Part shown: positions 51,924-62,830 of the stretch, piece after piece | Layout: every line of letters begins with the position of its first letter | How positions within the stretch are numbered: the stretch's first letter is position 1 | Origin: a plasmid | Length of the DNA: 64,000 nucleotides | Sequence record: NZ_CP019209.1 | Reading direction: 5' to 3' (one strand) | Translations under genes and position numbers: made by a program | Notes under the pieces: generated by a model | The model's input: the letters and a program-made list of their open reading frames with translations, nothing else | Database searches by the model: none | Told to the model about the DNA's origin: nothing

Positions 51924-52442
51924 TTACAAAGCTAATCTCTTCCATTTTCTTATCTTTGTTCTAAAAGTCCCAAATGGAGCAACTGTATTTACATGAATAA
52001 ATTTATATACTTCCCATACAGCCGTTTTGGTTGCCTCGTCTGCCCATTTTCTTTTGTGTGCAGTGAATAGATCTTCATCACTCATTGAATCAATCATCAT
52101 GTTAATATCATCAATATTACGATTGAGAATTTCCTCTAATTCTTTCAATGGTAGATGTGCATAGGTATTTGTAAACCACTTATATAACTCTCCTAACTGA
52201 TTCCATTTAAATTGATCAGAAGGCGTTTTAACAGATAATCCATTTCTTTCATCATTTTCCCATTTTAGAATTAAATTCGTCCAACCAACTTGATATGCTA
52301 AATTTTCAGCAGGTGTTCTATCCACTTCCTCAACTCTTTTATCCTTCAATTCTTCAGGAATAGTTTCAAATTCTAAAATATATTTAGTATAAGTCCTATT
52401 TATTTCTTTTTTTAATTCTTCTTTATTTTTATATGTTCTCAT
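51924..52442 (-). CDS. ClbS/DfsB-family (DUF1706) four-helix-bundle protein
   Basis: TPAENLAYQVGWTNLILKW block characteristic of DUF1706; 172 aa. Confidence 0.6.
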   Translation of the reverse strand: MRTYKNKEELKKEINRTYTKYILEFETIPEELKDKRVEEVDRTPAENLAYQVGWTNLILKWENDERNGLSVKTPSDQFKWNQLGELYKWFTNTYAHLPLKELEEILNRNIDDINMMIDSMSDEDLFTAHKRKWADEATKTAVWEVYKFIHVNTVAPFGTFRTKIRKWKRLAL

Positions 52443-52790
52443 TATATTACCTCCATAAATTCCTAATTGTCTCCTTTAATTCATCTATAATTTCATCCAC
52501 GATATTTTAATCCGTTCTACAATGCATATCTGATATGCATTGACTGTCTAACTCATATGTGAATGATTTATAAAATATCCCAACGTCTCATCTAAAGAAA
52601 TGTTGATCGTCAGCAAGGAGCTAAAAAATACGAATATATTTCTTTTGTAGTAAAATCGGACTGGTTTGCATATCATTTTCTTCGTAAATATCAAAATCAT
52701 GTTAACTACTATCAATTACTAATAAAAACTACCACTTTAAGCGTTAAGAACTGTTAAGTTTAGTTAAGTGAGGATAGTTCACAAAATCCA

Positions 52791-53294
52791 TTGTTAAACT
52801 TCACGAAAGTGGTAAAACTCAAAATGCTTTATATAGGATTACAGCATCGCTCTTTCTTCGATTGCGCGTTGGGTAAAAAATATTATGAAGTAAAAATTGA
52901 CGATGACACGTTCCTTACGGCTCATCAGATGAAACAGCTACAAAAACGAAATGATCAACTCGAAGAAAATTTAATTCTAAAAAAGCGATTGCCATATTCA
53001 CGCCTCGCTCGACGAACTATTAAAGGTCAAGATTTACCTGAAGATCATCCTTTTTAGGAAATTGAAGCTTTTTATGTTGCACAATGCATTTATAATACTA
53101 CAATGATGTTTTCACCAGATATTCTTCTAGGGTGCGGTGTAATGAAACAGATACACTTGCAAAAGAAAATTCACCGCGAATTTACTAAAATTATGAATAA
53201 TTATGTTAATCTTCCGAAATTTTTTTCCAAAATTAAGGGATCAAGCTGGTGTTATAGATTGTTTAAGGTTGGCAAAAAAATAACTTCTTTTTAA
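52791..53294 (+). pseudogene. Gene remnants: IS3-type OrfA C-terminal coiled-coil relic fused to a C-terminal ROK fructokinase fragment (with TAG in place of Trp)
   Basis: KQLQKRNDQLEENLILKK resembles IS3 OrfA zipper; KGQDLPEDHPF*EIEAFYVAQCIYNTTMMFSPDILLGCGVMKQ parallels ScrK 2788-2920. Confidence 0.5.
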
Positions 53295-53461
53295 ACAATT
53301 ATAGAAAACCGATACTCTGTTAAGTTGGTTGACACGGTATCGATTTTTATGACTTTCTTATTCTGAAACTTCACTAACGGACAGTACCTAAAAAGTCTAT
53401 AGTATGGACGTTTACGAGTACTATTTTATCAAAAATGCTGCTCATTTCAACTTATATGTTT

Positions 53462-53545
53462 TAGTGAACTACCCCCACTTAGCTAAACCTGACGGTTCTT
53501 AACGCTTGAAGTGGGAGCTTCTTGGGAACAGAGCGTACTTGATAG
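53462..53545 (+). repeat. ~84-bp repeat A (85% identical to 58950..59030), directly abutted by IS3 copy 2
   Basis: GTGAACTACCCCCACTTAGCTAAACCTGACGGTTCTTAACGCTTGAAGTGGGAGCTTCTTGGGAACAGAGCGTACTTGATAG. Confidence 0.7.
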
Positions 53546-53620
53546 TGGATAGGCTACAATTAACTAGACAGAAAAATTAAGGTGTGTAGACTAGAAGAAA
53601 ACATACCAGGAGGAATTTTT

Positions 53621-53911
53621 ATGTCTAAGAGAACACGAAGAACTTTTTCACAAGAATTCAAGCAACAAATCGTCAATCTTTACTTAGCTGGAAAGCCACG
53701 TGTAGAAATCATTCGAGAATATGAACTAACGGCTTCAGCATTTGACAAATGGGTAAAGCAATTTAAAACGAGTGGTTCATTCAAAGAAAAAGATAATCTT
53801 ACGCCTGAACAAAAAGAATTGTTAGAACTACGTAAAAGAAACCAGCAATTAGAAATGGAAAATGATATTTTAAAGCAAGCAGCGCTGATATTCGGACGAA
53901 GAGACAAGTAA
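53621..53911 (+). CDS. IS3-family transposase OrfA
   Basis: As copy 1, one substitution (S to F). Confidence 0.85.
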   Translation: MSKRTRRTFSQEFKQQIVNLYLAGKPRVEIIREYELTASAFDKWVKQFKTSGSFKEKDNLTPEQKELLELRKRNQQLEMENDILKQAALIFGRRDK

Positions 53912-53946
53912 TCGATGCGAATAAGCATCTTTACCCTATATCAGCG

Positions 53947-54783
53947 ATGTGCAGAATATTAGGTCTATCACGTCAGTCCTATTATTATCAATCAAAACCA
54001 AAGAAAGACGAATCAGAACTTGAAGAAGTAGTCGCTGAAGAATTTATCCGCAGCCGAAAGGCCTACGGCTCAAGAAAAATAAAAAAAGCCTTATCAAAAC
54101 GAGGCATTCAGATCAGCCGACGAAAAATTAGTAGAATCATGAAAAATAGAGGATTAAAATCGAGCTATACTGTTGCTTATTTTAAAGTACATCATTCTAC
54201 TTGCAATGAAGCCAAAACGACAAACGTATTGAATCGTAAATTCTTAAGAGACAACCCATTAGAAGCGATCGTAACAGACTTGACTTATGTACGAGTCGGG
54301 AAAAAATGGAATTATGTCTGTTTCATTTTGGATCTGTTCAATCGAGAAATTCTCGGCTATTCTTGTGGAGAACATAAAGATGCCGTTCTAGTAAAAAAAG
54401 CATTTAGCCGTATCAAACAACCTCTGACAGAGGTTGAGATTTTTCATACTGATCGTGGAAAAGAGTTTGATAACCAAGCTATTGATGAATTATTAACAAC
54501 TTTTGACATCAATCGCTCATTGAGTCATAAAGGCTGTCCTTTTGATAATGCCGTAGCTGAATCAACTTATAAGTCGTTGAAAGTAGAATTTGTCTATCAA
54601 TACACATTTGAAACCTTACAACAATTGGATTTGGAGTTATTTGACTATGTCAATTGGTGGAACCACCTTCGGTTGCACGGTACACTTGGCTACGAGACAC
54701 CGGTTGGTTACCGTAACCAGAGATTGGCGCAGCGAATCCTTGATAATGAGCTCGGATGTGCTAACGCTAGCGAGGCAGTCTAA
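53947..54783 (+). CDS. IS3-family transposase OrfB (DDE), probably expressed as an OrfAB fusion by frameshifting
   Basis: DDE blocks IVTDLTYV / FHTDRGKEF / DNAVAESTYKSLK. Confidence 0.85.
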   Translation: MCRILGLSRQSYYYQSKPKKDESELEEVVAEEFIRSRKAYGSRKIKKALSKRGIQISRRKISRIMKNRGLKSSYTVAYFKVHHSTCNEAKTTNVLNRKFLRDNPLEAIVTDLTYVRVGKKWNYVCFILDLFNREILGYSCGEHKDAVLVKKAFSRIKQPLTEVEIFHTDRGKEFDNQAIDELLTTFDINRSLSHKGCPFDNAVAESTYKSLKVEFVYQYTFETLQQLDLELFDYVNWWNHLRLHGTLGYETPVGYRNQRLAQRILDNELGCANASEAV

Positions 54784-55280
54784 CTTTAACTGTTAGCTCC
54801 TGCCGAAGATCGTCACATCCGAGGAGGCTCATTGTCAAGGACAATCGGAATAGCATACGGAAAGAAGTTCTGCACCTTATAAAATTTGTCAAAAAAACTG
54901 TTGCCATTCCATACATCTTTCAGCATTTTACTATATTTGGTATATAGTGCTAAGGTTCATATTCGATTGACAAGAGAATATAAATTGATCTATTTCTATT
55001 TCCTAAGTTGAGTAAACATAACTTTGCCCTTTATAAATATCTTCCCTCTCTCTCTTCTCTCTATATTTTATATTTGAATAATCATATCAAGGTATTCCAA
55101 CGAAATGCCAATGGATTTCGAAGCTTTTATAACTTTAAATTACGGATCATGATTTGGCATGGGGAATCATTACTAATAAAATAAAAAAATGAACAGAAAG
55201 AAAACAGTTCTTTCTGTTCACCAACTTCATTTGACAAATATCCTATTTAGCTTATTTTATAGCTTTTTATATACACTTTT

Positions 55281-55757
55281 TTAAAAAGTGATTTTTCCAC
55301 ATGAATTCCCATGAGCAATTCGACCATTATCTATTATTAAATCATTGAACTGATTTTTCTCCGGAAAAACAACTATAACAGAAGTATCTTTACCATATTT
55401 TATTATTTTGTCAAAATCCACATCAACCAACGAGGTTTCAGGAGTAACCTCATCATTTTCTTGAACACAAATCGAAAAAGGCTCTCCTTGTAATTCAACT
55501 GTATCAATTCCAATATGAATCAAATAATCAATGCCTGAGTTGCTTTTTATATTAATAGCATGTTTAGTAGGAAATATATTTGTTACTCGACCAGCCAATG
55601 GAGCATAAATTTTTGAACCATCAGGTATGACGGCAAAACCATCACCTAGTAATTTTTGTGAAAAGACAGGATCATTTACTTCTGTGATGGAAATGATTTT
55701 TCCGGAACAAGGTGCATAAAAAGTTTCTTGTTTTTTCTTTTTGAAAATTTCAAACAT
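55281..55757 (-). CDS. PTS glucose-family EIIA component
   Basis: GDGFAVIP and HIGIDTVELQGE motifs. Confidence 0.8.
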   Translation of the reverse strand: MFEIFKKKKQETFYAPCSGKIISITEVNDPVFSQKLLGDGFAVIPDGSKIYAPLAGRVTNIFPTKHAINIKSNSGIDYLIHIGIDTVELQGEPFSICVQENDEVTPETSLVDVDFDKIIKYGKDTSVIVVFPEKNQFNDLIIDNGRIAHGNSCGKITF

Positions 55758-55769
55758 ATTAAAAACCTC

Positions 55770-57272
55770 CTAATTATCTTTTCCTAATATTTGATTGATT
55801 TCTTGACTTAATAAGTCAGCTTTCCCTCCAAAAACAGCTTGGATGCCACCCTTCACTTCGAAGACAGCAGTTGCACCAGTGTCTTTTATTGTTTGTTTTT
55901 GAATAATCTCCCCATTTGTAACAGCAACACGCAAACGAGTTGCACAAGCTTCAACAGACTCAATATTTTCTTTTCCACCAAGAGCTTCAATAATGATAAG
56001 AGACTCTTCATGTAATGATGTATTTTTGTTTATTACTTTTTCAGAATGAACTTCTGATTCTTCTTCCATTCCAGGAATAGCTACCTTAAATTTTTTGATA
56101 AAGAATGTAAAAACAAAGAAATATATAAATGCCCATGCAATACCAAAAGGAATTAATTTTAACCAATTAGTTTTGTCATTCCCTTGAAGTACACCGAATA
56201 ATAAAAAGTCGATCAAACCACCTGAAAAGGAATTCCCTACACGAATATTTAAGATATCAGCAAAATAAAAAGATAATCCATCTAAGAATGCATGAATCAC
56301 ATAAAGCCAAGGAGCAACAAATAAAAACATATATTCAACTGGTTCAGTAATTCCAGTTAAAAATGATGTAAGGGCCCCGCTAAAATAAAGCCCACCATTC
56401 TTTTTACGATTTTTCTTAGGAATTGCACGATACATTGCATAACATGCTGCTGGTAACCCAAACATCATTGTTGCAAATCTTCCTGCAAAAAATCTAGTAC
56501 CATAAGTAAACAGACCAGTGTGGTTTGGATCAGCTAGTTGGGCAAAGAAAATATTTTGGGCTCCAGCAATTGTTGATCCAGCTACAGTTTCGGTACCACC
56601 TAAAGATGTATACCAGAACAAAGGGTAAATGGTGTGGTGTAGTCCAACAGCACCTGTTAAACGTAATAAAAAACCATATAAAAAAGTTCCTAAACTACCC
56701 ATTTGGGCAATTTGTTCACCAGCAACTACTAAACCATTTTGAATTGGTGGCCAAATTAAATAAAAGAAAGAACCAATAATGATTGCAGCTAAACTAGAAA
56801 CAATCGGAATAAATCTTGATCCTCCAAAAAAACCTAAGAATTGTGGTAATTCAATTTTTCTATAACGATTGTGTAAAAATGCAACAGTACCACCAACAAC
56901 AATTGATCCCACTACACCTGTATCTAGTGTTGCATCTTTTGCTGAAAAAAGTTCAAGAAACCCACTAATAGTTGCAGTATATACTAAATAAGCTACTCCA
57001 CCAGCTAAACCAGCTGTTCCTTTATCTCCATTTGCAAGTCCTACAGCAATACCAATTGCAAAAATTAGTGCTAGGTTTGCAAAAACTGCATTTCCAGCAT
57101 AACTCATAATACTTAAAATTGTATGCAACCACGGTTGATCTAAAAATGGATAAGCATTTATAGCACTCTCATTTGTTAACGCTCCTCCCAGTCCCAATAG
57201 TAATCCGGCTACTGGTAATATAGCAATTGGTAACATGAAAGCGCGTCCTAATTGTGAAAATTTTTTAAACAT
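55770..57272 (-). CDS. PTS glucose/N-acetylhexosamine-family EIICB component
   Basis: Multi-TM IIC followed by C-terminal IIB with CATRLRV motif. Confidence 0.8.
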   Translation of the reverse strand: MFKKFSQLGRAFMLPIAILPVAGLLLGLGGALTNESAINAYPFLDQPWLHTILSIMSYAGNAVFANLALIFAIGIAVGLANGDKGTAGLAGGVAYLVYTATISGFLELFSAKDATLDTGVVGSIVVGGTVAFLHNRYRKIELPQFLGFFGGSRFIPIVSSLAAIIIGSFFYLIWPPIQNGLVVAGEQIAQMGSLGTFLYGFLLRLTGAVGLHHTIYPLFWYTSLGGTETVAGSTIAGAQNIFFAQLADPNHTGLFTYGTRFFAGRFATMMFGLPAACYAMYRAIPKKNRKKNGGLYFSGALTSFLTGITEPVEYMFLFVAPWLYVIHAFLDGLSFYFADILNIRVGNSFSGGLIDFLLFGVLQGNDKTNWLKLIPFGIAWAFIYFFVFTFFIKKFKVAIPGMEEESEVHSEKVINKNTSLHEESLIIIEALGGKENIESVEACATRLRVAVTNGEIIQKQTIKDTGATAVFEVKGGIQAVFGGKADLLSQEINQILGKDN

Positions 57273-57285
57273 TTTATTTCTCCCC

Positions 57286-57987
57286 CTAACTTAATGCTTT
57301 AACAAATCTTGATGCAATTTCCTGTGGTCGAGTAATAGCACCACCCACAACAATACCTGCAACTCCTATTTTTTTTATCTCTTTTGCTTGTTCTGGAGTA
57401 TGAATCCTTCCCTCAGCAATTACACAAATCCCTTCTTCTACCAATTTTTTAATCAAATCTATATCTGGCCCATCTTGTTTTTTACTTTCCTCAGTATATC
57501 CACTTAAAGTAGTTCCTACAAAATCTATTCCTGCTTTATATGCATTTTTGCCTTCTTCAAATGTAGAAATATCTGCCATAAATAACTGATGAGGATATTT
57601 TTCTTTTATTTTAGTAATAAAAGAATTTATAGATAGTCCATCATGTCGATTTCTAAGAGTGCAATCAAGAGCGATTACCTCAACACCGGTTTCTACTAAT
57701 TCATCTACTTCTCTCATAGTGGCAGTAATGAATGGAGATTCTGGTGGATAATCTCTTTTAATAATTCCAATCATTGGTAATGATACACACTTTCTAATTT
57801 CAATAATATCTCGAACAGAATTTGCACGTATACCAACTGCTCCAGCCCTTTGAGCAGCCAAAGCAAAATAAGGCATTAAACTTTCTTCCTCTTTGTAAAA
57901 TGGTTCACCAGGTAATGCTTGACAGGAAACAATCAAACCTTTTGAAATAAGATCTAAAAACCTCTTTTTATCCATTATCCTAAACAC
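57286..57987 (-). CDS. nanE: N-acetylmannosamine-6-phosphate 2-epimerase (NanE family)
   Basis: 233 aa; [13 protein letters not shown]-terminal block typical of NanE. Confidence 0.75.
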   Translation of the reverse strand: MFRIMDKKRFLDLISKGLIVSCQALPGEPFYKEEESLMPYFALAAQRAGAVGIRANSVRDIIEIRKCVSLPMIGIIKRDYPPESPFITATMREVDELVETGVEVIALDCTLRNRHDGLSINSFITKIKEKYPHQLFMADISTFEEGKNAYKAGIDFVGTTLSGYTEESKKQDGPDIDLIKKLVEEGICVIAEGRIHTPEQAKEIKKIGVAGIVVGGAITRPQEIASRFVKALS

Positions 57988-58135
57988 TCCAATTTTTTAT
58001 TATTTTTGGATAATAACTCCAAAAACAATATAGCATCCGCTTTCATAAAAGTAAAGATAAAAATGGAGTATTTAGGAGTTTTTTTTATTATTTTGGAGTA
58101 TAATGGAGAAAAGTTGAAATTGTAGAGGAGTTTGT

Positions 58136-58954
58136 ATGAGTTATATCTATTTAATTAAAGAAAATTATCCATTTTTAACGAAGTCTGAAAAAAAAGTCGC
58201 TGATTTTATTTTAAATTCTGGGAAAACTATTATTTATAGTACGATGAGTGATATTAAGAAAAACACAAAAGTTGGCGATGCTACTATTATTCGTTTTTGT
58301 CAAAAAATTGGTTTTTCTGGTTTTTCTGATTTAAAAATTGAAATTGCAAAGGAAGACTTTAGTCAAAAAAAAGAACATCCGACTAGTGTAAAGTACTATG
58401 ATGAAATTGCTAATAGTTTAACAGAAGCTCTCTATTCCACTATTAGGCTTTTAGACGAAGAAAAATTGAATGAAGCCATTAAAATGATCACTCAATCAAA
58501 AAACATATATATATTTGGAGTGGGATCTAGTGGAAATACTAGTCTTGATTTAGAAAATATGTTTCTTCGCGTTGGAGTTCAAGCAAAAGCTGTACTAGAC
58601 CCTCATTTTCAAGCTCAAGTCGCTTCTTTATTAACAGTTAATGATTTAGTAATCATTTTTTCTTTATCTGGGAAAACGAAAGATACTTATGATTCATTGA
58701 AAATAGCTAAAAAAAATGGCGCAAAAATTATTGCTATAACTAACTATATTCATTCACCTATAGGAAAGTCTGCAGACTTAGTTTTACAAACAGCCATTGA
58801 AGAATTTCTTAATGGTGGATCTTTAGCTGGAAAAATATCACAACTTTATATTTGTGATCTATTAGTTCATGGTTATGAACAAAACAATAATATTGATTCA
58901 GTTGAATTAAGAGAAAAAGTTTTGTGCTCTATTATTGATAAAAGTATTGAGTGA
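58136..58954 (+). CDS. RpiR/MurR-family transcriptional regulator (HTH + SIS)
   Basis: Divergent from nanE-PTS operon; SIS motif GVGSSGNT. Confidence 0.75.
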   Translation: MSYIYLIKENYPFLTKSEKKVADFILNSGKTIIYSTMSDIKKNTKVGDATIIRFCQKIGFSGFSDLKIEIAKEDFSQKKEHPTSVKYYDEIANSLTEALYSTIRLLDEEKLNEAIKMITQSKNIYIFGVGSSGNTSLDLENMFLRVGVQAKAVLDPHFQAQVASLLTVNDLVIIFSLSGKTKDTYDSLKIAKKNGAKIIAITNYIHSPIGKSADLVLQTAIEEFLNGGSLAGKISQLYICDLLVHGYEQNNNIDSVELREKVLCSIIDKSIE

Positions 58955-59030
58955 ACTACCCCACTTAGCTAAACCTAACGGTTTTTAACGATTGAAGTAG
59001 GCAATTCTTGGGATGAGAGCATACTTGATA
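58950..59030 (+). repeat. ~84-bp repeat B (see 53462..53545)
   Basis: GTGAACTACCCCACTTAGCTAAACCTAACGGTTTTTAACGATTGAAGTAGGCAATTCTTGGGATGAGAGCATACTTGATAG. Confidence 0.7.
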
Positions 59031-59282
59031 GCTTATTTTTTACTAATAGCGGTGGATCTTATTGACCAAATATCCCCGTAGTTCCTACGGTTCTTGATTT
59101 TATCTAAAAATATTTTTATCGTGGAAGCTATTGATCAACTTGAAAGAAAAACGTGTAGCTCATTATCACTAGTTTATCGAGTATGGATGAAGTAATGGAT
59201 CATCCTCTCTTAAAAGTTTATGATCCTCTTGATTTTTATATTAATTTATCTGTATTTAATACAGATTTTATTTATTAGTTCA

Positions 59283-59760
59283 TCTGCCTATTGTATTTTA
59301 TTTTGTTGCCTTACCATCTGAAGTAAATATACTCAAAAAATTTTCAAAATTTTTGTCTTTAATTTTTACATTAGCATCTTTCAATATTTTATCGACTACT
59401 TTATTTTGAAATTCATTGTTGCTCAATTTCGTTTCAGTAGTAATTTCTTTCAATTGTTTTTAGTATTTATCCATTCCGTTGCCTTTATTCTAATTTTTTA
59501 CCATTTTTGATTACATAGTATTTATGGATCATAAGTTGAATCATTGGTAGAAGTGATCACATCAGAAATTTGGCCGTCTTTCAACTTAAAAGATGCTTCT
59601 TTGACTGTCACCAGAATCGTTGTATTAGTTGAATCAAACTTCACTTTTCCGTTTTTCGCTATCTTCTTTTACTTTATTGTCTTTGGCTAATTTAGAGAAA
59701 TAGTCTCCCTTATCAACAGCTTTCTTCATATCTTTTGCATGAAAAGATTTTCAATCTGTT
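59283..59760 (-). pseudogene. Fragmented secreted chaperone/foldase-like gene remnant (multiple frameshifts)
   Basis: Reverse-strand translations give ...KDMKKAVDKGDYFSKLAKDNKVKEDSEK... and ...EFQNKVVDKILKDANVKIKDKNFENF... in different frames. Confidence 0.25.
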
Positions 59761-59934
59761 TTTAGATTTTCATCGATCAATTTGATATGTTTTTTATATT
59801 TTTTTAGAAATTTATTTTTTGTTTTCACTTTTCGGAATAAATTAGAAATGTCTCTTAATTCCTTCTTATTATATAATTTATATAATCTATTTTTATTTAA
59901 CCGTGGTCTCTTATTAAATAACGTGTAAATGAGT

Positions 59935-61262
59935 GAGAGTGTAAAATATTTTGTGTAAATAGAAAAAAGGAAGTCCCTTCTGTAGAATAGAGTTACCACA
60001 ACACATTCACAGAAAAGAGGACTTCCATATGAACGATTTTACTACAGAAATTCTAAAGACTCTAGCGAACAAAGGCGATTTGAATGAATTATTCCGTGTC
60101 CATTTGGAAAAAGCTGTCAATACGCTTCTCAAAACGGAGTTAACGGCTTTCCTCGATTACGAAAAGTACGATTGCATTGGTTTTAACACGGGTAATTCTC
60201 GTAACGGATCCTATGACCGTACGGTCAAGACCGAGTACGGGGAACTTCATCTCCAGATTCCGCGCGACCGCAACGGCGAGTTCAAGCAACAGACTGTTCC
60301 TGCTTATAGACGGACGAATGATACCTTAGAGGAGACCGTCATTCACCTCTTCCGAAAAGGTATTACCATGTCGGAAATCGCAGACTTGATTGAGAAAATG
60401 TATGGGCATCACTACACGCCCCAAACCATGTCCAACATGACTAAAGTGCTGACTGAAGAAGTAAATGCATTTAAAGTTAGAACTCTAAATGATAAGTATG
60501 TCGCTATTTTCATGGATGCTACTTATATTCCTTTAAAACGGCAAACCGTCTCCAAAGAAGCAATCTATATTGCCATTGGTATACGAGAAGACGGCACTAA
60601 AGAAGTACTAAGTTATGCGATTGCTCCGACTGAATCGACCTACGTTTGGAATGAGTTGTTACAGGACATTTACTCCAGAGGGGTTCATGATGTCTTACTG
60701 TTTATTACCGATGGCTTAAAAGGCATGAAAGATACGATTCACCAGATTTATCCTAAAGCTAAATACCAACATTGCTGTGTTCACGTTTCCCGTAATATTG
60801 CTCATAAAGTACGTGTCAAAGATCGAAAAGAAATCTGTGATGATTTTAAGGCTGTTTATCAAGCTAGCTCAAAGGAAGAGGCAAATACCTTTTTAGGGAG
60901 TATGATTGAGAAGTGGCAGAAAACTTATCCTAAAGTGACGCAGTCACTGATAAAAAATCAAGATTTATTGACTTTTTATGAGTTTCCGCCTGGTATCCGC
61001 CGAAGCATTTACTCAACTAATTTAATCGAATCTTTCAAGAAACAAATCAAGAAATACAGCCGCAGAAAAGAGCAGTTTCAAAATGAAGAATCACTAGAGC
61101 GTTTCCTAGTATCCATCTTTGATACATACAATCAAAAATTCTTAAATAGAAGCCATAAAGGCTTCCAACAAGTGACGGATACATTAGCTTCAATGTTTAC
61201 TGAGTAACCCATTATTTTGCAGAAGGACGTGTTATTTACACAAAATTATTGACGCTCCCATT
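59935..61262 (+). mobile_element. IS256-family element 3 (intact, 1328 bp)
   Basis: IRs GAGAGTGTAAAATATTTTGTGTAAAT and TTTACACAAAATTATTGACGCTCCCA; 392-aa transposase. Confidence 0.8.
60029..61207 (+). CDS. IS256-family transposase
   Basis: Full-length Mutator-type DDE transposase. Confidence 0.9.
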   Translation: MNDFTTEILKTLANKGDLNELFRVHLEKAVNTLLKTELTAFLDYEKYDCIGFNTGNSRNGSYDRTVKTEYGELHLQIPRDRNGEFKQQTVPAYRRTNDTLEETVIHLFRKGITMSEIADLIEKMYGHHYTPQTMSNMTKVLTEEVNAFKVRTLNDKYVAIFMDATYIPLKRQTVSKEAIYIAIGIREDGTKEVLSYAIAPTESTYVWNELLQDIYSRGVHDVLLFITDGLKGMKDTIHQIYPKAKYQHCCVHVSRNIAHKVRVKDRKEICDDFKAVYQASSKEEANTFLGSMIEKWQKTYPKVTQSLIKNQDLLTFYEFPPGIRRSIYSTNLIESFKKQIKKYSRRKEQFQNEESLERFLVSIFDTYNQKFLNRSHKGFQQVTDTLASMFTE

Positions 61263-61324
61263 TTCTCATACAGATTAAATAATCTTAAAATATTTTTAGG
61301 GCAACCAGAATAAAAACTTATACC

Positions 61325-61552
61325 CTAGTACCTCCAGCCTATTCTAGTAAGATTATTAATTTCTCCCCAATTAGAATTATACAGGTGATCTTCACTATAT
61401 GGATTATACAAACGATAAAGTGCAGTACCCTGATTAGGAGCTAGCCAAGAGACACCTTCATACTTCCAACCATATTTAGGTAAAGAATTCTTTTCACTTT
61501 GATTTAAAGTATATAAATGTTCCCCACTATGAGGATTATATAAACGATACAT
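61325..61552 (-). pseudogene. Fragment of a protein with two ~37-aa YRLYNP-x-S-x-HLYT...GW repeats; no RBS or start, C-terminus abuts IS256-family end
   Basis: Repeat units MYRLYNPHSGEHLYT...GWKYEG and LYRLYNPYSEDHLYN...GWRY. Confidence 0.4.
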
Positions 61553-61756
61553 TTGACTAGTTTGATTCTTGCTACTATCTGTATCATATTTTGTTAATCC
61601 ATATGTTTTAACAATAGTCTTCTCCTAATCTTACTTAGGACCTACAGTCAATGTCCAAATCAAATTCACTGAATATGAATTTGATGCTAAATCTTTAGCT
61701 AAATTTAACATAAATTAGGCAGAAGTCGCCCATCCTCTATAGGTGGGTGATGTGAA

Positions 61757-61931
61757 TCGGCTACACTAGACTAGACAGAAAAAATAAGGTGTGTAGAATA
61801 ATAAAAAACACACTGGAGGATTTTTCATGTCAAGACGTCAACGAAGAACCTATTCAAAAGAATTCAAACAACAAATCGTCGATCTCTATCTCGCTGGTAA
61901 GCCTCGCGCAGAAATTATTCGAGAGTATGAA
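61757..61931 (+). pseudogene. Remnant of a second IS3-family element (left IR TGAATCGGCTACACTAGACTAGACAG + 5' part of orfA)
   Basis: MSRRQRRTYSKEFKQQIVDLYLAGKPRAEIIREYEV parallels the OrfA of IS3 copies 1 and 2. Confidence 0.7.
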
Positions 61932-62830
61932 GTCCTGCAGCGGAAAAATGAGTTTTGTTTTTATGAATGGGCAGACCCAGCAATTAATCGGTGTATTGGA
62001 GAATCGACGCCTAGCTTTCTTAAAACCATATTTCCTTAATTTCACTCGAAAAGCACGAGCGAACGTAAATTACGTCGTGATGGATATCAATGCCCCTTAT
62101 TTTGAACTTGTAAAGGCGGTCTTCCCAAACGCCAAAATCGTGACCGATCGCTTTCAAATTGTCCAAAAAATCACTCGTGCATTAAATCAGTTGCGAATTA
62201 AAACAATGAACAGCTTTCAAAAAACGGAACCGACAAAGTATCGACGATTGAGGTGATTCTGGAAATTACTCCTTAAGCATGCTTATGATCTGGATAGTTC
62301 CAATTATCAGTATGATCGATCCTTTCGTAGACCAATGAGCAAAAAGCGATCGTCGATGAACTTTTGAGTTATGATGAGCAATTAACAAGGGCTTACGAGA
62401 CTTGTCAACTTCTCCTCAATCACTTTAAACACAAGGATTGCCAAAGCTTTTTCGATACGATCAACAGCTTAGATCAACGCCTGACACAACGGTTTTGTAA
62501 GAAGCTAACGTTTTTAAATAAATACAAATTAGAGATTCAATATGCTTTAAAAACCAAGTATAGTAATGGTGCATTAGAAGGAACAAATAACAAGATAAAA
62601 GTGATAAAGCGAGTAGCCTATGGCTATCGAAATTTCCATAACTTTCGAGCAAGACTTTATCTCATTCAAGGTTTGATCATCCAAGTAAAACAAAAACCAG
62701 TTAAACACTTTGCCTAACTGGTTATGACTAAATTTTCAGTTGTATCTTTCTCTACCAACACTAAATGTCGATGAGACAAAATCAAGTTCATTCTGTCTCA
62801 AATCGATTTTACACAACCCATCAATACTTA
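61932..62830 (+). mobile_element. ISL3-family insertion sequence fragment (3' two-thirds of transposase, frameshifted) joined to the IS3 remnant
   Basis: ORFs 61789..62256 and 62364..62717: ...VMDINAPYFELVKAVFPNAKIVTDRFQIVQ... and ...YSNGALEGTNNKIKVIKRVAYGYRNFHNFRARLYLIQ (ISL3 hallmark). Confidence 0.75.

Larger units (their letters stand above)
53546..54911 (+). mobile_element. IS3-family insertion sequence, copy 2 (intact, 1366 bp)
   Basis: Near-identical to 22513..23878; orfA 53621..53911, orfB 53947..54783 uninterrupted. Confidence 0.85.

Noticed and set aside
59751-59999. 82-aa ORF on minus strand
   Set aside because: It overlaps the left IR region of the IS256-family element and is Lys/Leu-rich AT-driven. 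It is most likely spurious.
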